The position numbers were made by a program, and so were the translations under genes. The notes under the pieces are model-generated. The model was not told the origin of the DNA. It ran no database searches and saw only the letters and a program-made list of their open reading frames with translations. From Beijerinckiaceae bacterium (GTDB lineage Bacteria > Pseudomonadota > Alphaproteobacteria > Rhizobiales > Beijerinckiaceae), in the NCBI GenBank assembly GCA_030684835.1, contig JAUXWZ010000146.1:24425-88424 (forward strand): a DNA stretch of 64,000 bases, written 5' to 3'. Positions 40,640 to 49,665 of this stretch are shown here, one piece after another. Position 1 is the stretch's first letter. Every line of letters begins with the position of its first letter.

Positions 40640-41401
40640 ATGATCACTGACCCGATCTTTTATCTGTTCGCCATTCCGGCGGTGATCCTTGTGGGCATCG
40701 GCAAGGGCGGCTTTTCGGGTGTGGGCCTGCTGTCCGTGCCGCTTATGGCGCTGGTGGTGCCGCCGCTTCAGGCAGCGTCGATCATGTTGCCGATCCTCAT
40801 GGCGCAGGACGTCGTCGGCGTCTGGGCTTTCCGGAAGGACTTTTCGGGGCGTGATCTCAAATATCTGTTTCCGGCGGGCTTCGCCGGGTTGGGGCTCGGT
40901 TATTTTCTGGTGCGCGACGTGGCAAACGGCGTGATCATCATCATTGTCGGGCTTATCGCGACGGTCTTCGTGATTTATCAGGTCACGCGTCGGGGCCCTG
41001 CGGTATCGCGGCCCAAGGAAGCCGCGCTCGGCGCTGCGACCATCTGGGGCGCTGCGACGGGCTTTACCAGCTTTGTCGCCAATGCGGGGGGACCGCCTTT
41101 TCAGGTTTACATGATGCCGCGCCTGCATTCGCCGCGCGTTTATGCCGGCACGTCGACGATCTTTTTTGCGGTGCTGAATTACATCAAGTTTCCAGCCTAC
41201 ATTTATCTCGGTCAGATCACGGCGGAAAACCTGCTCACTTCCGCTGTGCTGACGCCGCTCGCCATCGTGTCGATCGCGTGCGGGGTGTGGCTCGTGCGAC
41301 GCGTGTCGGCCGACAGTTTCTACCGCATTGTATATGCGCTGACCTTCGCAGTGGGACTCAAGCTTCTGTGGGACGGCGCGCGTGACCTGAACTTTTTTTA
41401 A
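40640..41401 (+). CDS. TauE/SafE (sulfite exporter) family membrane protein
   Basis: GIGKGGFSG, AASIMLPIL, GFTSFVANAGGPP and about 8 TM segments. Confidence 0.88.
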   Translation: MITDPIFYLFAIPAVILVGIGKGGFSGVGLLSVPLMALVVPPLQAASIMLPILMAQDVVGVWAFRKDFSGRDLKYLFPAGFAGLGLGYFLVRDVANGVIIIIVGLIATVFVIYQVTRRGPAVSRPKEAALGAATIWGAATGFTSFVANAGGPPFQVYMMPRLHSPRVYAGTSTIFFAVLNYIKFPAYIYLGQITAENLLTSAVLTPLAIVSIACGVWLVRRVSADSFYRIVYALTFAVGLKLLWDGARDLNFF

Positions 41402-41488
41402 AAGGAGGGTTTGGCGCGGGAGTCGACGTCGACTAGTTTTCCGCATGACTCGCGCGCGAATCACTTTTGATATTCAGAGCGGGGCGCG

Positions 41489-41761
41489 ATGAAACCGCGC
41501 CGCTCGAGCCTCGAGATCGAACGCGCCGCCGCGCACCTCATTCGCGCGCGCACTGCGCTCGACGAAGCGGCGCATGTTCTGGCGGCGCTCAGTGATGCGC
41601 CTGGCGACCGGCTGGCGATATCGGCAAGTTTGGCTGGCGAGCAAGCGCGTCTCGCCGAGGCGCTGGCGGCGGCGATTCATGCCCCGCCGCACACCGCGCT
41701 TGATGATTTGGTCGCAGCGCTTTGCGGCGACGCAGCCGACGCCCGCTCAAAACGGCATTGA
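41489..41761 (+). CDS. Hypothetical 90-aa Ala/Leu-rich helical protein
   Basis: ATG preceded by purine-rich GCGGGG, GC3-rich codons, and it fills an otherwise empty interval. No recognised motif. Confidence 0.55.
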   Translation: MKPRRSSLEIERAAAHLIRARTALDEAAHVLAALSDAPGDRLAISASLAGEQARLAEALAAAIHAPPHTALDDLVAALCGDAADARSKRH

Positions 41762-41853
41762 AGCGACGTCAGCGCGTGACGTGAGAGCCGCGACCATGGA
41801 TCACAAGCAGCTTGTTCGAAGCCGCTCGTTGACCGTGACGATAGAACCCATCG

Positions 41854-42039
41854 TTAGTGGATGGTGCTGGTTGGGGGGGAACGTAATTTTTCGATCTCGT
41901 CCCTGATCGTGAGCTTTTTCTTTTTAAGCTCAGCGATGCGGGCGGCATCGGTTGAGGGATGCAGTCTGCATTCTTGTATCTCGCGCTCCAGAGCCTGATG
42001 ACGGCGTTCCAGTTGAGCGAGGTGGTTTTGCAATGACAT
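41854..42039 (-). CDS. DUF465/YdcH family small coiled-coil protein
   Basis: HLAQLERRHQALEREI...IAELKKKKLTIRDEI, with RBS GGAG. Confidence 0.88.
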   Translation of the reverse strand: MSLQNHLAQLERRHQALEREIQECRLHPSTDAARIAELKKKKLTIRDEIEKLRSPPTSTIH

Positions 42040-42281
42040 CCTTACAACTCCCTTCGGCGCTGATGGACAAGTGATCATGCCACAGGATCCGCCATGCGCG
42101 AAGAACATTGTGTGACGGACTTATGAAGAAAAACTACGGTTGATGACGACAAGTCATCCATTGGTCTCGCTTGTGTATCGCTAGTGGCTTGACGCTTGTA
42201 TGCGGGCGCGCGCAAAGCCATATTGAAGACATCATTGCCATTTGCGCGCAGCCGCGTGCGGGTCGTTTACAGGCGGACGGA

Positions 42282-42500
42282 ATGCCCGGGCGTATCAGCG
42301 AGGCCGAACTGGCCGAGGTTCTCGTGGAGATTGAAATGCTGCGGCAGGAGCATCGCGATCTGGATACAGCCATTGACGCTTTGCAGGACATTGGAGCGCC
42401 TGATCAGCTTCAGATCCAGCGGTTGAAGAAGCGCAAACTTGTTCTGCGCGATCGTCTCTCGCGGCTTGAAGACTTGGTGACGCCAGATATCATCGCCTAG
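42282..42500 (+). CDS. DUF465/YdcH family small coiled-coil protein
   Basis: [12 protein letters not shown]...[14 protein letters not shown]...PDIIA. Confidence 0.9.
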   Translation: MPGRISEAELAEVLVEIEMLRQEHRDLDTAIDALQDIGAPDQLQIQRLKKRKLVLRDRLSRLEDLVTPDIIA

Positions 42501-42586
42501 GCTTCCTCCCGCTTTCGCTTGCGGTGACGGTCGCCTTCGTCTATTCCGCCATCTTCTCCTTTTCACCTTTCCGATCAGAGTCCGTC

Positions 42587-43099
42587 TTGGCCCCAGCCGC
42601 CAAACCCGTCGCCATCGTTATGGGCAGCCAGTCTGACTGGGCCACGATGAAGCACGCCGCAGATACGCTCGGCGCGCTCGGCGTCGGCTACGATGCACAA
42701 ATCGTCTCGGCTCACCGCACGCCGGACCGGTTGGTTGCGTTCGCCAAAGGCGCGCGAGGCAAAGGATTCAAGGTGGTCATCGCTGGCGCGGGCGGGGCGG
42801 CGCATCTACCCGGTATGGTCGCGTCCATGACCCCTTTGCCGGTTTTTGGCGTGCCTATCGAGTCGCTCGCGCTTAAGGGAATGGATTCCCTGCTTTCCAT
42901 TGTTCAGATGCCGGCGGGCGTTCCCGTCGGGGCGCTGGCCATCGGGCGGTCCGGCGCCGTCAACGCGGCGCTCATTGCGGCCTCGGTGCTCGCCCTGTCC
43001 GATCCGGCGCTCGCCGCCCGCCTTGACGACTGGCGCACACGCCAGAGTGAGGCGGTGGCCGCCACTCCAGTGGACGAGACTGACGGGCCCAGCAAATGA
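42587..43099 (+). CDS. purE: N5-CAIR mutase
   Basis: [28 protein letters not shown] and [11 protein letters not shown]. Confidence 0.98.
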   Translation: MAPAAKPVAIVMGSQSDWATMKHAADTLGALGVGYDAQIVSAHRTPDRLVAFAKGARGKGFKVVIAGAGGAAHLPGMVASMTPLPVFGVPIESLALKGMDSLLSIVQMPAGVPVGALAIGRSGAVNAALIAASVLALSDPALAARLDDWRTRQSEAVAATPVDETDGPSK

Positions 43100-44202
43100 A
43101 TCCCGGCCCCTCGGCTCCTCCGATTGCGCCCGGCGCAACGATCGGCATTCTGGGTTCCGGCCAGCTTGGGCGGATGCTGGCGATGGCGGCCGCGCGGCTT
43201 GGCCTCAAAACGCACATTTATGCGCCCGATCCGGGTCCAGCGTTCGACGTCGCGGCGCAGCATACGCTCGCGTCTTACGACGACGAAGCGGCGCTTGCCG
43301 CGTTCGCCGATTCGGTGGCCGTCGTCACGTATGAGTTCGAGAACGTGCCGGCGCAGACTGCGGCCGTTCTTGAGGCGCACAGGCCTGTGCTGCCACGGCC
43401 CGAGGCGCTTGCCGCCACGCAGGACAGGCTTGTCGAGAAACAATTTTTGAACGGGATCGGGGTCGCAACCGCGCCTTTCATGGCTGTCGATGACGCGGGC
43501 GCGCTCGCCCGTGCCGTCGCGCAGCTTGGCCTGCCCGCCATCCTCAAGACCCGGCGCTTCGGTTATGATGGCAAAGGGCAAGTCATGATCCGGGAAGGCG
43601 CTGATCTGGAGAATGTTTTCGCCAGCATCGGCGCTCAGCCCGCCATTCTTGAAGGCGTGGTGCCGTTCGCTCGTGAAGTGTCGGTGGTGGCCGCCCGGGG
43701 GCGCGACGGCTCGTTTACCGCCTTTGACGTCTGCGAGAATGAACACGAGAACCACATCCTGAGCCTGACGCGTGTTCCCGCCCGGATTGCGCACGAAACA
43801 TCGGCCTGCGCCGTGGCCATGACCCAGCGGATCATGGACGCCCTTGGCTATGTCGGCGTTATTTGTGTGGAAATGTTTGTCGTTGAGGCGACCGCGCCCG
43901 GCGTCGACAGGGAAACCCTGGTGGTCAACGAGATTGCGCCACGGGTTCACAATTCCGGGCACTGGAGCATCGACGGGGCCGTTACGTCCCAGTTCGAGCA
44001 GCATGTGCGGGCAATTTGCGGCTGGCCGTTGGGCTCCACGCGCAGGCACGGCGAGATCGAAATGCGCAACCTCATCGGCGAAGACGCCAACCGCTGGCGC
44101 GATATTCTCGGCGAAAGCGGCGCTTCTCTGCACCTATACGGCAAGCATGAGGCCCGATCGGGCCGCAAAATGGGCCACGTCACCCGCATCGTCGGGGGCT
44201 AG
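43096..44202 (+). CDS. purK: N5-CAIR synthetase
   Basis: [41 protein letters not shown] and GRKMGHV. Confidence 0.98.
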   Translation: MNPGPSAPPIAPGATIGILGSGQLGRMLAMAAARLGLKTHIYAPDPGPAFDVAAQHTLASYDDEAALAAFADSVAVVTYEFENVPAQTAAVLEAHRPVLPRPEALAATQDRLVEKQFLNGIGVATAPFMAVDDAGALARAVAQLGLPAILKTRRFGYDGKGQVMIREGADLENVFASIGAQPAILEGVVPFAREVSVVAARGRDGSFTAFDVCENEHENHILSLTRVPARIAHETSACAVAMTQRIMDALGYVGVICVEMFVVEATAPGVDRETLVVNEIAPRVHNSGHWSIDGAVTSQFEQHVRAICGWPLGSTRRHGEIEMRNLIGEDANRWRDILGESGASLHLYGKHEARSGRKMGHVTRIVGG

Positions 44203-44345
44203 GTCTGCTGGACACGGTTGGCGCTTTCTGCTATTCGCGCCCTTATAATGGACGCAGCGCAAAACGTGCGGCGCCCTCCTTTTTTCCAGAATCGGCTGAT
44301 ATGTCCGGGCGTGCCCGGTAAAGCCTCAAGAGACAGGATCCACGC

Positions 44346-44585
44346 GTGCAAGTTCTCGTTCGCGACAACAACGTCGACCAGGCCCTGAAGGCGCTCAAGA
44401 AGAAGATGCAGCGCGAAGGCATCTTCCGTGAAATGAAGCTGCGCGGTCATTACGAGAAGCCGTCCGAGAAGCGCGCCCGCGAGCAGGCTGAAGCTGTTCG
44501 CCGCGCCCGCAAGCTCGCCCGCAAGAAGATGCAGCGCGAAGGCCTGCTGCCCATGAAGCCGCGCCCGGTTCCCGGCGCGCGCTGA
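44346..44585 (+). CDS. rpsU: 30S ribosomal protein S21
   Basis: [23 protein letters not shown]...YEKPSEKR. Confidence 0.98.
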   Translation: MQVLVRDNNVDQALKALKKKMQREGIFREMKLRGHYEKPSEKRAREQAEAVRRARKLARKKMQREGLLPMKPRPVPGAR

Positions 44586-44820
44586 GATTATTCACGCGTC
44601 TTTAACGATGATGTGATGGATTGAAACGGCGTCCGGGCCGAGCGCTTCGGGCTCCGTATCCCGTTTGCAACACTCGTTGGCGTCGTGCACGGCTACGGTT
44701 CCGGCGCCGAAATGCTGCCGCATTGCGGCTGCCAGTAGCAGACGTGAGTTGTCTCGCGCCGCCAATGGCGGCGCACAAGGCGATGATACGGTTGGCGAAC
44801 TTCGGCAGGATGTGATCCGT

Positions 44821-45732
44821 ATGGCGTTATTCATTTTCCCGCGCGATGTGTTTGGCTCCCGGGCTGGCGCCCGAGTGTTTGGCTCCCGGGCTGGCGCCCG
44901 AGTTGCCGCGATAACCTGCGTTGCGAGTGCGCTCGCGCTGGCGGGTTGCGATAATTATTCGTCGATGACCGCAGCCACGGGCCGCAGCGCAACGATTGTC
45001 GAGAAGAGCGAAGACTGTTCGGCGATCCAGGCCAACGTCCAGTCGCTCTCCGAGGTTGTCCAGCGCAACCCCAGCGATCCGCAAGCCTACAACACCCGCG
45101 GCGCGGCCTATGCGAAGTGCGGGCGGTTTCAGGAGGCGGTCGCAGACTTCTCGGCGGCGATCAAGGTCGACCCATCCTATTATTCGGCCTACGTGAACCG
45201 CGGGCTGGCTATGCGCGCGTTGGGTCGCAACGATCAGGCGATGCAGGACTTCAGCCGCGCGATCGAGATGAACTCCAATCACGCGCCGGCTTATATCGGG
45301 CGCGCGAATCTTCTGCGCACGCAGAACAACCTGCCCGCCGCGATGGCTGATCTGGATCAGGCGATCCGCCTCAACCCGGAGAATGCGCAGTCCTTTCACG
45401 CGCGCGGACTCATTCATCAGCGCAATGGCGATCACGCGCGCGCCGTGAGCGATTTCGAAAACGCCATCGACCGCGATCCCTTCGTCTCGGCGCCCTATCA
45501 GGCGCGCGGGCAGAGCCTTGTCGTGCTGGGTCGCTATGACCCCGCGATCGAGGACTTCAATGCGGCGTTGAACGTCAACAATCAGAACTCGGACGCCTGG
45601 GCCGGTCTGGGCCTCGCCTATGAGCGCAAGGGCGAACGCGGTAAGGCGAGCGAGTCCTACACGCGCGCACTGACCGTCAATCCGTCCAACCAGTTTGCGC
45701 GCGAAGGTCAGTCTCGCGTCGGGCGCGGCTGA
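44821..45732 (+). CDS. Tetratricopeptide-repeat lipoprotein
   Basis: Lipobox LAGC followed by about 7 TPR units (AYNTRGAAY, AYVNRGLAM, AYIGRANL and so on). Confidence 0.9.
   Translation: MALFIFPRDVFGSRAGARVFGSRAGARVAAITCVASALALAGCDNYSSMTAATGRSATIVEKSEDCSAIQANVQSLSEVVQRNPSDPQAYNTRGAAYAKCGRFQEAVADFSAAIKVDPSYYSAYVNRGLAMRALGRNDQAMQDFSRAIEMNSNHAPAYIGRANLLRTQNNLPAAMADLDQAIRLNPENAQSFHARGLIHQRNGDHARAVSDFENAIDRDPFVSAPYQARGQSLVVLGRYDPAIEDFNAALNVNNQNSDAWAGLGLAYERKGERGKASESYTRALTVNPSNQFAREGQSRVGRG
44848..44901 (+). repeat. Perfect 27-bp tandem duplication in the signal peptide
   Basis: GTGTTTGGCTCCCGGGCTGGCGCCCGA twice, encoding VFGSRAGAR twice. Confidence 0.95.
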
Positions 45733-45736
45733 CGCC

Positions 45737-46117
45737 ATGAGCCGTCCGGTCAAGACGCCCGGCCCGGATCACCCAATTGAAATTCACGCTGCTGACGGCG
45801 CTTTCCGCGCTGTTTGCGCCGGGCTTCTCCTGGCGCATTCCGCTCGTGCGCTGGTTTTGCAAGAAGCGCGTTATCCACAAGTGATCTATTTCCCGCGCGA
45901 GGATGTTGATCTCGCCTTGCTCGAACGATCAACGACCTCCAGCTGGTGCCCCTACAAGGGTGAAGCGTCCTACTTCTCGCTGAAGACGAACGACGCGGCC
46001 CCGGTGGCGGGAATCGCCGATGTCGCATGGTCCTATGAGACGCCGCTGCCCGCGATGCAGGATATCGCAGGCTTCATTGCGTTTTACGCCAGCAAGGTTG
46101 TGGTCGAAGGCGCGTGA
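45737..46117 (+). CDS. DUF427 domain protein
   Basis: PDHPIEI, YFPREDV, SWCPYKGEASY and AWSYETP. Confidence 0.92.
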   Translation: MSRPVKTPGPDHPIEIHAADGAFRAVCAGLLLAHSARALVLQEARYPQVIYFPREDVDLALLERSTTSSWCPYKGEASYFSLKTNDAAPVAGIADVAWSYETPLPAMQDIAGFIAFYASKVVVEGA

Positions 46118-46178
46118 TCGCGCCCTTAGAACGGCAACTTGAGAAGCGGGCAGCTTATCAAAGCGTCGCATGCAGGGG

Positions 46179-47894
46179 TCAGGCCTCCGGCTCGGCCGCC
46201 TTGTCTTGCTGACCAGGATCGCGCCTCAACTCGCGTCGTAATATTTTGCCGACATTTGATTTGGGCAATTCGTCGCGAAACTGGATTCTGCGCGGCGCCT
46301 TGAAGCCGGCGAGCCGCTCGCGCGCGAAATTGCGCAGCTCATCGATTGTCAGCGACGAGTCCGCGACGACGACAAAGGCGCAAACGCACTCACCGAAATT
46401 CTTGTCCGGCAAGCCGATCACGGCGGCCTCCTGAACTTTCGGGTGGCTGACGAGGACTTCCTCGACTTCGTTAGGGTACACTTTCTGGCCCGACACGCTG
46501 ATCATGTCCTTCAGGCGGTCAACGATCGTGAGCGAGCCATCCGCGTTCATTACTGCGATATCGCCAGTGCGGAACCAGCCGTCCGGCGTGAGGGCCTGCG
46601 CTGTTTCTTCAGGCTGGCCAAGATAGCCGGCCATCACTTGCGGACCCTTGACCCACAATTCACCCGCTTCTCCAATGGGCAGCGCCTCGCCCTGCGCGCC
46701 GGCGATGCGCACATCGGTGGAGGGAACAGGATAGCCAATCGTGCCCGTGAATTCGTCAATGTCGAGGCGATTGCCAGACACGAGCGGCGAGGTTTCCGAC
46801 AGGCCATACCCTTCAATGATCGGCTTGCCCGTGATCTCTTTCCATCGGCGGGAAACGGCGGCTTGCGTCGCCATGCCGCCCGCCAGAGACAGCGCCAGCT
46901 TTGAGAAGTCGACTTCGCCGATGCGCGAATGACGCGCCAACGCATTGTAGAGCGTATTGACCAGAACGAGGATCGTTGGCGGCCGCGCCTTCATCTGATC
47001 GATCAACGCGGGAATGTCGCGGGCGTTGGGGATCAGGACCTGTGTTGCGCCGATGCGCAGCATGAGGAGGCAGCACGAAGTGAGCGCGAGCACATGATAG
47101 AGCGGCAGCGCCGTATACGTGACGTGTTCGGCCTCGCGATCCAGCGACGGTTTGAGCCACGCCTGCGATTGCAGAATGTTGGACGTTACGTTGCGATGCG
47201 TGAGGATCGCAGCTTTGGAAACGCCTGTGGTCCCGCCGGTGTATTGCAGGAACGCGACGTCATCGGGCCCGACATCCATCTTCTTCATGGGCGAGCGCGC
47301 GCCCCATTTGATGAAGCTGGAAAAGCTGTGCGTGATCGGCAAGTGATAAGGGGGAATGCTTTTCCTCACGTACCGGGCGACGAAGTTGACCAACGTCCCT
47401 TTCCAGCCGAGCAAGTCGCCCAGGCGCACAAGAACGGCGCGTTCGAGCTTGACGCAATCGTCCAGCGCCTTGTCGAGCGTGTGCGCGCAGACATCGGCGA
47501 TGAAAATCATGCGCGTGCCGGAATCGTTGATCTGTTGGGCGAGCTCACGCGGCGTGTAGAGCGGATTGATGTTCACGACCGTGTATCCGCTGATGACAAG
47601 CGCAAATGTCACGACGGGGTAAGCCAACAGATTTGGCATCATCACCGCAACGCGGTCGCCTTTATTCAACCCCATCTGCTGGAGAGCAGAAGCAAGATTG
47701 CGAACATGCTGTTCGAACTGGCGATAGGTGATTTTCTTGCCAAAGGTCTCGAAAGCAATGCGGTCAGGAAACTGAGCGACACATTCCTCGAAAAGATCAG
47801 CCAGCGTTGGTAGCTCGGCTGGGTCGATGTCTGCAGGCACGCCCGCAGGGTAGCGCGCGAGCCATGGGCGGTCGCCCTCGGGCTTGCCGGTCAT
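46179..47894 (-). CDS. fadD: Long-chain-fatty-acid--CoA ligase
   Basis: QYTGGTTGVSK, EGYGLSETSP, DGWFRTGDIA and PKSNVGKILRR. Confidence 0.9.
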   Translation of the reverse strand: MTGKPEGDRPWLARYPAGVPADIDPAELPTLADLFEECVAQFPDRIAFETFGKKITYRQFEQHVRNLASALQQMGLNKGDRVAVMMPNLLAYPVVTFALVISGYTVVNINPLYTPRELAQQINDSGTRMIFIADVCAHTLDKALDDCVKLERAVLVRLGDLLGWKGTLVNFVARYVRKSIPPYHLPITHSFSSFIKWGARSPMKKMDVGPDDVAFLQYTGGTTGVSKAAILTHRNVTSNILQSQAWLKPSLDREAEHVTYTALPLYHVLALTSCCLLMLRIGATQVLIPNARDIPALIDQMKARPPTILVLVNTLYNALARHSRIGEVDFSKLALSLAGGMATQAAVSRRWKEITGKPIIEGYGLSETSPLVSGNRLDIDEFTGTIGYPVPSTDVRIAGAQGEALPIGEAGELWVKGPQVMAGYLGQPEETAQALTPDGWFRTGDIAVMNADGSLTIVDRLKDMISVSGQKVYPNEVEEVLVSHPKVQEAAVIGLPDKNFGECVCAFVVVADSSLTIDELRNFARERLAGFKAPRRIQFRDELPKSNVGKILRRELRRDPGQQDKAAEPEA

Positions 47895-48006
47895 GCGTTG
47901 CTCTCCCCCGCGTGCGCGTCGTTATCCTCGCGGCACGTCCAGCGACAGAACTTATGGCGATACGCGGCTTCTGTCGACGCCGCGTGCTCTGTCGGCTGCG
48001 CCCGGA

Positions 48007-48732
48007 TTATTCCGGCTGCTTGAGGCTTTTCAGCTTCGCGAAGACCGAGTTGACGTCGACATCATCTTCCTCGTCCTCGCGAGTGGCGGGCTCGGACTTG
48101 GCGAACACGTTCTCCGTGCTTGGCGTCACTTCAGGTTCAAACGAGCGCGGACCGGTGGTGATCTCGGCCGGCATAAGCGTCGCGCCCTGGTCGGGCTGTT
48201 GCGGACGATCCTTGTTGGCGCGCGACACTTCAAAATCGAGGTCGATCTGCGAACACAGGCCCAGCGTGACAGGGTCCATCGGCGCGAGCGCGGCCGAATT
48301 CCAGTGCGTACGCTCGCGGACCGCTTGTAGCGTGGTCTTGGTCGTGCCCACGAGACGCATGACCTGCGCGTCCTTCAACTCGGGGTGGTTCCGCACCAGC
48401 CACAGAATCGCGTTCGGCCGATCCTGACGGCGAGACAGCGGGGTGTAGCGCGGACCGCGCGTCTTCTTCGGCTCTGGCAGCGTCACCTTGCTCTTGGCGA
48501 GCTGGAGGCGGTATTCGGCTTTCTTTTCGCCTCTGGCGATTTCGTCGCGCGACAGCTGGTTCGACGTGATCGGGTCATGGCCCTTGATGCCCGTCGCGAC
48601 TTCGCCGTCGGCGATGCCCTTCACCTCGAGGGGATGAAGTTTGCAGAAGTCCGCAATCTGGTCGAACGTGAGCGATGTGTTTTCCACCAGCCATACGGCG
48701 GTCGCCTTGGGCATCAGCGGGGCGTTGCTCAT
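48007..48732 (-). CDS. trcR: DUF1013 protein (TrcR-type RNA-polymerase-associated factor)
   Basis: PLMPKATAVWLVENTSLTFDQIADFC.LHPLEV, YTPLSRRQDRP and GTTKTT...RTHWN. Confidence 0.85.
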   Translation of the reverse strand: MSNAPLMPKATAVWLVENTSLTFDQIADFCKLHPLEVKGIADGEVATGIKGHDPITSNQLSRDEIARGEKKAEYRLQLAKSKVTLPEPKKTRGPRYTPLSRRQDRPNAILWLVRNHPELKDAQVMRLVGTTKTTLQAVRERTHWNSAALAPMDPVTLGLCSQIDLDFEVSRANKDRPQQPDQGATLMPAEITTGPRSFEPEVTPSTENVFAKSEPATREDEEDDVDVNSVFAKLKSLKQPE

Positions 48733-48910
48733 GGGTCCTGCTCCTTCGGCGCCTTGCGCCGGGCGTATTGAAATCTTTGTCGTCAAGACATGGGGGATCA
48801 GGCTGCGGCCCGGCCGAGGCTGAGCCTCAAATCACACCAGTCATGACGGGAATACGCCACATATAAGCTGGGGCGGCCTGCGGCGCAATCTTTCTGCGAT
48901 GCGGAGGGCC

Positions 48911-49552
48911 TTAAGCTCCCGCCGCCCTGATCTTGGCGCCCTTCTCGTAGGCGACCTTGACCGCGGAGCGTGCGCTGATCGTCTCGAACCAGCGCTTCAC
49001 GTTGGGGAAGTCGTCGAGGTTCGCCTGGTGCCATTCGTGGTTGGCCACCCACGGATAGCAGCACATGTCCGCGATGGAATAATCGCCGACGATGAACTCA
49101 GCTTTGGCGAGCTGGCCGTCGAGCACGCCATAGAGGCGGTTGGTTTCCTTGACGAAACGGTCGATCGCGTAGGGGATTTTTTCCGGCGCGGCGCGGCCGA
49201 AGTGGTTGGCCTGGCCGGCGTTGGGGCCCAGCCCACCCATTTGCCAAAACAGCCATTCCGTGGTGCGCACCCGTGTGCGCAAGTCTGTCGCCAGAAACTT
49301 GCCAGTCTTTTCTGCGAGATAGAGCAGGATCGCGGCGCTCTCGAACACGCTGACCGGGGCGCCGCCGTCCGCAGGCGCACGGTCGAGAATCGCCGGGATC
49401 TTGCCGTTGGGCGAAAGCTTCAGGAAATCGGGCTTGAACTGGTCGCCTTTGCCGATATTGACCGCGTAGGCCTTATACGGAAGGGCGGTTTCCTCAAGAA
49501 AGAGGGCGACCTTTTGCCCATTGGACGTGGGCCAGAAATGCAATTCGATCAT
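48911..49552 (-). CDS. Glutathione S-transferase (YfcG/nu-class-like)
   Basis: WPTSNGQKV, SPNGKIPAI, FESAAIL, WQMGGLGPNAGQ and SIADMCCYPW. Confidence 0.92.
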   Translation of the reverse strand: MIELHFWPTSNGQKVALFLEETALPYKAYAVNIGKGDQFKPDFLKLSPNGKIPAILDRAPADGGAPVSVFESAAILLYLAEKTGKFLATDLRTRVRTTEWLFWQMGGLGPNAGQANHFGRAAPEKIPYAIDRFVKETNRLYGVLDGQLAKAEFIVGDYSIADMCCYPWVANHEWHQANLDDFPNVKRWFETISARSAVKVAYEKGAKIRAAGA

Positions 49553-49665
49553 ATGCGGCGCTCCTGACGTGCGGTGGCTCGAATGGGACCCTATATTGGG
49601 TTCGACTATACAGAGCGAGGCGGCGTTCGCCAGTGAGGCGCCCTTCGCGTGTTCGTGAGGATTGC

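Noticed and set aside
49568-49596. CCTATAT upstream of dcp as a possible RpoH -10 element
   Set aside because: No CTTG-type -35 at the right spacing.
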